Positions 56,518-64,000 of a stretch of 64,000 bases of DNA are shown here, one piece after another. A program made the translations under genes and the position numbers. The DNA lies in the NCBI GenBank assembly GCA_002421745.1, contig DISC01000006.1, positions 87,610 through 151,609 of the forward strand, in the 5' to 3' direction. The stretch's first letter is position 1. Every line of letters starts with the position of its first letter. The stretch is from Patescibacteria group bacterium UBA6220. GTDB taxonomy: Bacteria; Patescibacteriota; Minisyncoccia; Minisyncoccales; Minisyncoccaceae. The notes under the pieces are model-generated. The model had not been told where the DNA came from and did not search any database. It saw only the letters and a list, made by a program, of their open reading frames with translations.

Positions 56518-58047
56518 TTATTGGCGCAAAAAATCAAAATCTTTTTTCTTATTAATTTTTATCAATAAAAACAATATCAACAAATAAAAAATCCCGACCA
56601 CAATGAAGCTAATTTTTAGATTAATTGTGGCATAAGGTATTTGCGCTGACCAATCAATAATAAATATTAAATATTTTAAAAGCAACGAACAAAAGAAAGA
56701 GACAAGCCAACCTAAAAATGGCAAAAACAAACCAATCAAAGGAAAGATTAATCCTAAAGCCATTAAAGCCGGTAAAATTGGTATAACCAATAGATTAGCC
56801 GCTAAAGATATTACTGAAAAATATCCAAAATTAAAAATTAAGATTGGCAAAGTTAAAATTTGCGCACAAACAGTGGCAACTAAAGCTTCTCGTACTACAT
56901 TTAGCCTATCTTTAAAAATTTTATCATTAATCCAATAATTTAGAGCTGGACTTAAAAAAATCAACCCAACAACCGCTAAAAAAGATAGCTGAAAACCCAG
57001 ATCAAATTTTAAAACCAAAGGATTTTGCAGCAATATTAATCCGCCAGCTAAAACTAATGTTCGCTCATTAATGGCAGCTCTATCAAATATTTGTGCGAAC
57101 AATATCAAACATCCCATAATTCCAGAGCGCACCGCTGAAGCTGCCCCACCAGACAAAACAACATAAATAATTATTAAAATAACAGCAGCCAAAGCAGCTG
57201 ATTTTTTCCAAAAACCAAGCAATAAAAATATCTCCAAAGCAAAAAAGCTAAACAATACAATATGTGATCCGGAAATAGCAATTGCATGACTTAGACCACT
57301 CAAAGATAAATTTTTTTTAAGACTATCTGACATAACCCCATTGTCTCCCAAAATCATAGCCTGCACTATTGCTTCTTCTTTTGGTGGTAAATTATTTTGC
57401 ATTTGTTGACGCAATTTATCTTTAAAAAATAATATTTTTGAATAAATTGTTTGCCATAAGCTTAATCCCTTGCTGTTATCCATTAAAATTATTTTTGGAT
57501 ATACCATTGTGGTTGCTATGCCATCTTTAGCCAAATACCCTTGATAATCAAACCCATCAAGTTGTTTGGGCGTAGAACTTTTACCTGTCACGAATACATA
57601 ATCTCCGTATTGATAATTAGCATAATTATCTGTATAAACAATTATCTTTCCGATTTCTTTATTTTCAATGACTTCTCTTGATTCTAAAATTAATTTTTCA
57701 ACCATAATTATTAATTTTAAATTTTTGTATCCAGATTGCGGCTCTTTAATAATCCTGCCCTGAATTTCAATATTTTGTCCATCGCTAAAAACCAAGACAT
57801 TGTTCTTAATATTTAAAAAATTTGCTTCAAAAAAATATATTCCAAAAGCTGCAAAAATCAAACAAAATCCTATCAAAGTTATTATTAAATTTTTCCAAAA
57901 AACACCAATCAAAATTAATCCAATTATTATTAACAATAAGATTAGTGAAATAGAAATATCTGAAAAAGTTATAAAAAAAGAGGCGATAAAAATTCCTCCA
58001 ATAAACGACAAACATACTATTAAAAATATATCCGATTTCCCCATCAC
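56518..58047 (-). CDS. comEC: ComEC/Rec2 competence channel protein lacking the C-terminal MBL domain
   Basis: Polytopic with LSGLSHAIAISGSHIV (competence domain). At 509 aa there is no HxHxDH region. Confidence 0.7.
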   Translation of the reverse strand: MMGKSDIFLIVCLSFIGGIFIASFFITFSDISISLILLLIIIGLILIGVFWKNLIITLIGFCLIFAAFGIYFFEANFLNIKNNVLVFSDGQNIEIQGRIIKEPQSGYKNLKLIIMVEKLILESREVIENKEIGKIIVYTDNYANYQYGDYVFVTGKSSTPKQLDGFDYQGYLAKDGIATTMVYPKIILMDNSKGLSLWQTIYSKILFFKDKLRQQMQNNLPPKEEAIVQAMILGDNGVMSDSLKKNLSLSGLSHAIAISGSHIVLFSFFALEIFLLLGFWKKSAALAAVILIIIYVVLSGGAASAVRSGIMGCLILFAQIFDRAAINERTLVLAGGLILLQNPLVLKFDLGFQLSFLAVVGLIFLSPALNYWINDKIFKDRLNVVREALVATVCAQILTLPILIFNFGYFSVISLAANLLVIPILPALMALGLIFPLIGLFLPFLGWLVSFFCSLLLKYLIFIIDWSAQIPYATINLKISFIVVGIFYLLILFLLIKINKKKDFDFLRQ

Positions 58048-58673
58048 AAGAATTTTTTTCTTTTGGCAAACATTTTAATAAAAACTAATCCAGCAATAAA
58101 ACCACCCAAATGAGCAGAATAAGCCACCATTTCCATATTTTCAGAACTAAGAGACAAAAATTGATACAAAAACCAAATAATAATAAAGACAAATACCGGA
58201 ATTGAGGCTAGAGTCCAAAAAAATATTATCGGAATAATAGATTTTATTTTATTTCCTGGAAATAAAATAAAATACCCTCCCAAAATTCCAGAGATCGCTC
58301 CAGAAGCTCCAATCACTAAACTATTAGAATGACCAATAAAAGCATACGCAATTGAAGCAATAATTCCACAAAAAATATAAAATAGAAAAAAACGCATATG
58401 CCCTATTTTTGCTTCCAAGTTATCGCCAAACACCCATAAAAAAAGCATATTACCTAACAAGTGCCATAAATTAGCATGCAAAAACATAGCAGTAAAAATA
58501 GTAAAAAATCTTCCGTCAAAAAGATTAATTGGATAAAAACCAAACACACTAGCATAGCTATCTATATTTTGAAAAGTATAAAAAAATACTATGATATTAA
58601 ACAAAACCAAACCAGCCGTTACGAACGGAATTCTACCTTTTCTTCTCTTGTTTTCGTCATACAAAGGAAACAT
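58044..58673 (-). CDS. Rhomboid-family intramembrane serine protease
   Basis: HANLWHLLGN, GASGAISG (catalytic Ser) and AHLGG (catalytic His). Confidence 0.85.
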   Translation of the reverse strand: MFPLYDENKRRKGRIPFVTAGLVLFNIIVFFYTFQNIDSYASVFGFYPINLFDGRFFTIFTAMFLHANLWHLLGNMLFLWVFGDNLEAKIGHMRFFLFYIFCGIIASIAYAFIGHSNSLVIGASGAISGILGGYFILFPGNKIKSIIPIIFFWTLASIPVFVFIIIWFLYQFLSLSSENMEMVAYSAHLGGFIAGLVFIKMFAKRKKFL

Positions 58674-58683
58674 TGCTTTTTGA

Positions 58684-59397
58684 TTAACGTATTTTAAATA
58701 TTTTAAATAATGGAGCTATTTCTTTTTCAACTTGTGATAAAAAATCATCTGGATAGTTAGGATTAATTTTATTTAGCGCCAAATCAATAGTTTCTTTTTC
58801 GTTTCTAAATTGCTGTAAAAAATATTTTTCAGCCGGAGTAATATCGTTAGCCATTTCTATGATATCCTCTTTAGAATGCAAACCTGGCACAATCGTTGAT
58901 CTAAATTCGTAATCAATTCCAGAGTTCTTGATTAAATCAATTGAATCTTTTATTTTTTTTATCGAAAGACTTACTCCATTAACTTGACTATACTTATCTT
59001 CTCTTAAAGGAGCTTTGATATCCATAGCAATATAATCAACTAATTTTTCATTGATTATTTTTTTTAACATTTCTGGATTACTTCCATTAGTATCCAACTT
59101 TACCGCAAAGCCTAATTCTTTTATTTTTTTCAAAAATTTTGGTAATTCGGGATTAATGGTTGGCTCTCCCCCACAAACAACACATCCATCGATTAAGCCC
59201 TTTCTTTTTTTTAAAAAAGAAAAAAATTGTTCTTCGTTTATTTGCGGATGATTTTTGATAAATTCTGGCAAAACTAATTCTTGAGAATAACAAAAAGGAC
59301 ATCTAAAATTACACCCAGACAAAAAAACCGTACAAGCCACCTTTGCCGGATAATCTACTAAAGTAACTTTTTGTAAACCGCCAATTATAATTGCCAT
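58684..59397 (-). CDS. nrdG: Anaerobic ribonucleotide reductase activating protein (radical SAM)
   Basis: CNFRCPFC (CxxxCxxC) near the N-terminus. Next to nrdD. Confidence 0.85.
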   Translation of the reverse strand: MAIIIGGLQKVTLVDYPAKVACTVFLSGCNFRCPFCYSQELVLPEFIKNHPQINEEQFFSFLKKRKGLIDGCVVCGGEPTINPELPKFLKKIKELGFAVKLDTNGSNPEMLKKIINEKLVDYIAMDIKAPLREDKYSQVNGVSLSIKKIKDSIDLIKNSGIDYEFRSTIVPGLHSKEDIIEMANDITPAEKYFLQQFRNEKETIDLALNKINPNYPDDFLSQVEKEIAPLFKIFKIR

Positions 59398-59474
59398 ATA
59401 TTAGATAAAAAGTCCCGCTTTCGCGATTCGCTTAAGCGGGTACCGGCGAAAGAATTGCTTCCGCATAAATCTTT

Positions 59475-59759
59475 TTATATATCTTTAATATCGAAATCTT
59501 TTCTATTCTTAAACTCTTCTTGCTTACCCTCATTCCACTGAGAGACAGGCCTTAAATAGCCAACTACTCGAGAATAAACCTCTGTATTCTGATAATTTTT
59601 TAAGCTTTTATCTTTTTCATAACACTCGTTACATTTAAAAATAGATGTATCTTCTCCTCCAGGCAAATCGTATTTCAATAATTGACCATTCACTATTTCA
59701 TTAAGCTCATTAATTTTTATTTCGCAGCCACAATCGTGGCAAAAAAATTTTGGATTCAT
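59475..59759 (-). CDS. Stand-alone NrdD C-terminal-like mini-protein (Zn ribbon plus glycyl-radical motif)
   Basis: CHDCG...CNEC, then EVYSRVVGYLRPVSQWNEGKQEEFKNRKDF. This is almost identical to the NrdD C-terminus EVYSRVVGYLRPVSQWNEGKQQEFKERKEF. Confidence 0.7.
   Translation of the reverse strand: MNPKFFCHDCGCEIKINELNEIVNGQLLKYDLPGGEDTSIFKCNECYEKDKSLKNYQNTEVYSRVVGYLRPVSQWNEGKQEEFKNRKDFDIKDI
59509..59582. repeat. 74-nt near-identical duplicate of the nrdD 3' end (copy in the mini-gene)
   Basis: Matches 59828-59901. A 52-nt core differs at one position. Confidence 0.85.
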
Positions 59760-59772
59760 ATTTTTATTAAAA

Positions 59773-61902
59773 CTAATTTTTAGGTGTTTTAGCTAAAGCT
59801 GCTTTAATTTTAAATTCTTTTCTTTCTTTAAACTCTTGTTGTTTGCCTTCATTCCACTGAGAGACAGGTCTTAAATAGCCAACTACTCGAGAATAAACCT
59901 CACAAGGCTGTTCAATGGTACATTTAGGACAAGTAAAGTGTTTACCAGCAATATAACCATGAGTCGGACAAATTGAAAAAGTTGGAGTTAAGGTAATATA
60001 TGGTAAACGATTATTTTCAAAAACTTTTTTAACTAAACTTTTAACGGTTTCGATATCTGAGATTTCTTCACCAACAAAAATATGTTCTACCGTACCTCCT
60101 GTATATTTACACTGTAAATCATCTTGCAGTTTTACCTCCTCAAAAATATCATCTGTATAATTTACCGGCAATTGAGTTGAGTTAGTATAATAAGGTATTT
60201 TTTTTGTTCCTGAAGTAATAATTTCTGGATAAAGCTTGCGATCTTTTTGTGCCAAACGATAAGAAGTTGATTCTGCTGGCGTAGCTTCTAGATTATATAA
60301 ACTACCTGTCTCTTTTTGATATGCAACCAATCTTTCTCTCATAAAATCCATTAATTCTAAAGCTAGCGTTCTTCCTTTTTTAGATCCAATATCTTCTCCG
60401 ATAAAATTAAGCAAAGCCTCGTTCATTCCAGATAAACCAATTGTAGAAAAATGATTGGCAAAATATTGACCTTTAGATTTTTTAACACTCTCCAAATAAT
60501 ACCTTGAATAAGGATACAATCCTTTGGCAGTAAAATCTTCAATGGTTTTTCTTTTTATTTCCAAACTTTCTTTAGCTATATCCATAATCTTGGTTAATCT
60601 TTCTAAGAATTCTTTTTTGGTTTTAGATAAATAACCAATTCTCGGCAAATTGATTGTTACCACGCCGATACTACCAGTTAAAGATCCAGAACCAAACAAA
60701 GCACCACCACCACGATTACTTAATTCATTTAAGTCGAGTCTCAAGCGACAACACATTGAACGAGCGTCTTCGGGTTTCATTTCCGAATTTATATAATTAG
60801 CAAAATAATTAATACCATATTTAGCCGAAGCTTCAAATAATGGATCCAGAGCTGGGTCTTCCCAAGGAAAATCTTTGGTAATATTAATAGTTGGAATTGG
60901 GAAAGAAAATGGTCTACCACTTCTATCTCCTTTAATCATACCTGTATAAAAAGCCTTAACCAACATTTTCATTTCTTCTGCGAATTCACCATAATTTTCT
61001 TTTTGTGGAACACCACCAATAATAACGGGCTGATTAGCAAAAACCGCTGATGGTTTTAAGTCTAATGTAATATTGGTAAATGGGCATTGAAATCCAACCC
61101 TGGTAGGCACAGACATATTGTATAAAAATTCTTGAATAGCCTGTTCAACTTGAGCATAACTTAAGTTGTCGTATCGAATAAAAGGAGCTAACAATGTATC
61201 AAAATTGGAAAAAGCCACAGCTCCGGCTGCTTCACCCTGCAAAGTATACATAAAATTAACAATTTGACCCAAAGCTGATCTAAAATGCTTTGGAGCCGAA
61301 GATTCAACCTTACCCATCACCCCCCCAAAACCTCTCATTAATAAGTCATACAAATCCCAGCCTACACAATAACAAGCCAAAGTATCCAAATTGTGCAAAT
61401 GAATATCTCCAGATTGATTGGCTTCTCTAACTTCTTTGGGGTAAACCTTATTTAACCAATATTTTTTTACAATATAACTAACTCCATAGTGATTTAAACC
61501 TTGAAGTGAAAAAGTCATGTTGGAGTTTTCTTGCACCTCCCAATCCATTTTATCCAAATAATCATCAACTCTATCTACGGCTTCTTCGCTGATTGCATTA
61601 GCTTCTCTGATTTTTCTTCTTTGTTCACGATAAAGAATAAACGCTTTGGCTGGATCAACCTCACCTTCTAAAATTAAAACCTCTTCAATGATATCCTGTA
61701 TTTGTTCCACGTTCGGAACTTCTCCTTGTCTAAATCTTCTTCCCAAAATATCAATCACTTTTTCAGAAATCATTTTGGTTTTCTCTCCATTACCAGCCTT
61801 GGTGGCAGTAATAGCCTTAAAAACAGCATTAAGAATCTTATCGGGATTAAATTCAACGATATCATTGTTTCTCTTTTTAACTTTTAGAATTTTATTGGTC
61901 AT
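59773..61902 (-). CDS. nrdD: Class III anaerobic ribonucleoside-triphosphate reductase
   Basis: N-terminal ATP-cone, active-site SMCCRL, C-terminal Zn site (CPTHG...CPKC) and glycyl-radical motif SRVVGY. Confidence 0.9.
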   Translation of the reverse strand: MTNKILKVKKRNNDIVEFNPDKILNAVFKAITATKAGNGEKTKMISEKVIDILGRRFRQGEVPNVEQIQDIIEEVLILEGEVDPAKAFILYREQRRKIREANAISEEAVDRVDDYLDKMDWEVQENSNMTFSLQGLNHYGVSYIVKKYWLNKVYPKEVREANQSGDIHLHNLDTLACYCVGWDLYDLLMRGFGGVMGKVESSAPKHFRSALGQIVNFMYTLQGEAAGAVAFSNFDTLLAPFIRYDNLSYAQVEQAIQEFLYNMSVPTRVGFQCPFTNITLDLKPSAVFANQPVIIGGVPQKENYGEFAEEMKMLVKAFYTGMIKGDRSGRPFSFPIPTINITKDFPWEDPALDPLFEASAKYGINYFANYINSEMKPEDARSMCCRLRLDLNELSNRGGGALFGSGSLTGSIGVVTINLPRIGYLSKTKKEFLERLTKIMDIAKESLEIKRKTIEDFTAKGLYPYSRYYLESVKKSKGQYFANHFSTIGLSGMNEALLNFIGEDIGSKKGRTLALELMDFMRERLVAYQKETGSLYNLEATPAESTSYRLAQKDRKLYPEIITSGTKKIPYYTNSTQLPVNYTDDIFEEVKLQDDLQCKYTGGTVEHIFVGEEISDIETVKSLVKKVFENNRLPYITLTPTFSICPTHGYIAGKHFTCPKCTIEQPCEVYSRVVGYLRPVSQWNEGKQQEFKERKEFKIKAALAKTPKN
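59828..59901. repeat. 74-nt repeat, copy in the nrdD 3' end
   Basis: See 59509-59582. Confidence 0.85.
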
Positions 61903-61985
61903 AGTATTATCATTCTAATCCTCGTGGACCTTGTCTATTGACGTAATCAAGGAAGATATTAACCGGATGAATTATTTATTTTTTT

Positions 61986-62921
61986 TTATTTATCGTTACT
62001 GGTGGCTATAATTGTAATTCGAATCTCGTCTTTTTTGAGTGTTTGATCAAAGCAAGCACCAAAAACTATCTTAGCCGCCGGAGAAACTTTTTTCCTAATA
62101 GTCTCGGCTATTTTTTTAACTTCGGATAAATACAAATTATTGGTTCCGGAAGAAACATTAAACAGTATACCATTTGTTTTTTCCAAAGAAAAATTATTAA
62201 TTGAAGAATAGATTGCCTTGTCTATGGCTTTTAAAATTCTATCCTTTCCTTCGGCTCGGCCGATTCCAAAATATGCCGTACCACCATTTTTTAAAACTTC
62301 TTTTATGTCTGCAAAATCTACGTTCAGAATACCAGGATTTAAAATTACATTACTAATGCTCTCTACCGCCTCTTTGAGCAATTCGTCACACTTTTCAAAA
62401 GCCTGATCGATTGATGACTTTGGCGGAACCAAATCAATCAGCTTATCATTTGGAATTATTACAATAGTGTCTATATGTTTTTGAATTTCCTCCAAGCTAT
62501 TTAAAGCAATTTTTTTTCTTTTTCTTCCTTCAAAAGAAAACGGCAAAGTAATAACTCCTATAGTCAATATTCCGTTCTTTTTTGCCAGTTCGGCAATTAC
62601 CGGCATAGCTCCTGATCCAGTCCCACCTCCCAGTCCAGCTGTTAAAAAAATAATATCCGAACCTTTTATTACTTCTTCCAATTCTTTGGCGCTTTCTTTG
62701 GCGGAAATAGTTCCTATTTCCGGATTCATTCCCGCGCCCAATCCCTTTGTAATTTTTTCTCCTATTCTTAATTTAAAATGAGCATTTTTTCTTTTTAAAT
62801 CCTGCGCATCCGTATTAACGCTAATCAGCTCAACGTTTTTAATTTCCGCTTGCGATAACCGAGAAATCGTATTACAGCCCGCTCCTCCTATGCCAATAAC
62901 TTTTATTTTTGTTAAATTCAT
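61986..62921 (-). CDS. ftsZ: Cell division GTPase FtsZ
   Basis: GIGGAGCN and the tubulin signature GGGTGSGA. Confidence 0.9.
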   Translation of the reverse strand: MNLTKIKVIGIGGAGCNTISRLSQAEIKNVELISVNTDAQDLKRKNAHFKLRIGEKITKGLGAGMNPEIGTISAKESAKELEEVIKGSDIIFLTAGLGGGTGSGAMPVIAELAKKNGILTIGVITLPFSFEGRKRKKIALNSLEEIQKHIDTIVIIPNDKLIDLVPPKSSIDQAFEKCDELLKEAVESISNVILNPGILNVDFADIKEVLKNGGTAYFGIGRAEGKDRILKAIDKAIYSSINNFSLEKTNGILFNVSSGTNNLYLSEVKKIAETIRKKVSPAAKIVFGACFDQTLKKDEIRITIIATSNDK

Positions 62922-62924
62922 TTT

Positions 62925-64000
62925 TTATGGCATTAGATTTTTAATAAAATTCCCGATCTTTCCAAACAATTTTCCAGACAAGCCATCTTCACCCCCTTTA
63001 CCATTTTCCAAACCATCTTCGTCAAAATCATCTATGACTAATCCACAAACCGTAGCAAAACACGGATCTTTTATTTGCTCATTAAAACCCTTGGGATATC
63101 CAACTCGACAAGGCAAATTAAATTCTTTTTTAGCCAAATCTATCATTCCTGGCATTTTTGATCCGCCACCAGTTAAAACCACTCCACCCGGCAACATTCC
63201 ATGTCTTGAAACTTTTTTAATTTCTGCCGCTACCAATTCATATATTTCACCTACCCTTGCATCAATTATTTTTCTTAAATCTTTTTCGCTAAAAGTAAGT
63301 GTATTTTTTTTATCTTTTTTTGTTTTAACTTTATTTAATCTTGATTTTTTTGAATCATCAATCAATTCTATAATTTTATTTTCAGAAATATCCTCTGGTT
63401 CTTTTTCATTGTCAAACAAAGAAATATCCATTTCTATTCTCTTATTTGATTGACTCCCAGGCAAAGAACACGCTCCGTGCTCTTTTTTGATTTTTTCGGC
63501 TATTTCTATTTCTGTTTTAAAGCCAATGGCAATATCATTGGTAATATTAGCCGAACCTACTGGAAAAACAGCTAAATCCAACAACTTACCCTCTTCAAAA
63601 ATAATAACACTCGTAGTAGAAGCTCCAATATTAACCATTACTACTCCCAATTCGCGCTGTTCCGGTGTTAAAACCGAACGAGCATCAGCGATAGGAGAAG
63701 GAACAATATTTTCAACATCCAATTCCACACCAGCCCCGATTCCAGCCTCTAAAATATTATCTAAGTCTGAAGAAAAAGCAGATAACAAAAAGGCTTCCAA
63801 TTCGAGACGAGTCCCGTGCAATCCCAATGGATCTTTTATTTCTTTTTCTCCATCCAAAATCCATTCTTTGGGAAAAATATCCAAAATATCTTTATTGGTT
63901 GCTTGCAAATTTACAGCTTTGGTATTTTGAAAAATCCTATCTTTATCTTCTTGAGAAACTTTTTGATCGGCTCGTCCCACCAAAATCAAACCTCGACTGG
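62925..64000 (-). CDS. ftsA: Cell division protein FtsA (N-terminus beyond the window edge)
   Basis: Actin-fold ATPase motifs (VVLTGGGSKMPG). The frame is still open at position 64000. Lies directly upstream of ftsZ. Confidence 0.8.
   Translation of the reverse strand, partial: SRGLILVGRADQKVSQEDKDRIFQNTKAVNLQATNKDILDIFPKEWILDGEKEIKDPLGLHGTRLELEAFLLSAFSSDLDNILEAGIGAGVELDVENIVPSPIADARSVLTPEQRELGVVMVNIGASTTSVIIFEEGKLLDLAVFPVGSANITNDIAIGFKTEIEIAEKIKKEHGACSLPGSQSNKRIEMDISLFDNEKEPEDISENKIIELIDDSKKSRLNKVKTKKDKKNTLTFSEKDLRKIIDARVGEIYELVAAEIKKVSRHGMLPGGVVLTGGGSKMPGMIDLAKKEFNLPCRVGYPKGFNEQIKDPCFATVCGLVIDDFDEDGLENGKGGEDGLSGKLFGKIGNFIKNLMP

Noticed and set aside
1-64000. CRISPR arrays, rRNA genes, transposase/IS elements.
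   Set aside because: I saw no regularly spaced short repeats with unique spacers, no rRNA-like conserved stretches and no transposase-like ORFs anywhere in the window.

Overview
Visibly AT-rich, very gene-dense bacterial window with almost every gene on the minus strand. Gene content suggests a small-genome anaerobe of the CPR/Patescibacteria type (inference). That content is a CxxC-x17-CxxC protein, a pilin-FISUMP fusion, many tiny membrane proteins, a class III RNR, a lysine-rich sigma-70 extension and a ComEC without an MBL domain. The standard code 11 fits, since long ORFs are intact. Core blocks: 1-26.9 kb holds corA, engB, a P-type ATPase, an M23 peptidase, a GH3 enzyme, a CDF transporter and an ArsR-led thiol/redox operon. 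47.6-64 kb holds rpoD-dnaG, htrA, glycosyltransferases, comEC, a rhomboid protease, nrdD/nrdG and ftsZ-ftsA. Between them (26.9-47.6 kb), downstream of a tRNA-Asn(GTT) gene, lies a composite accessory region built from cassettes bounded by short direct repeats: (1) a GNAT cassette; (2) a small-gene islet; (3) an AlwI-family type IIS R-M cassette with a decayed nuclease gene; (4) a ~12.6 kb phage-like island. The island carries a LexA/CI-like repressor heading a tight operon (DUF2188, 4TM protein, ComEC-like MBL hydrolase, Cys-rich SEC-C-motif protein). It also carries a ParB-methylase, TerS/TerL without structural genes, a large serine recombinase, and a retron-type RT fused to a trypsin-like protease with a candidate msr/msd. 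Also notable is a stand-alone NrdD C-terminal (Zn-ribbon plus glycyl-radical motif) mini-protein between nrdD and nrdG. All family calls come from motifs read by eye; no database search was run.
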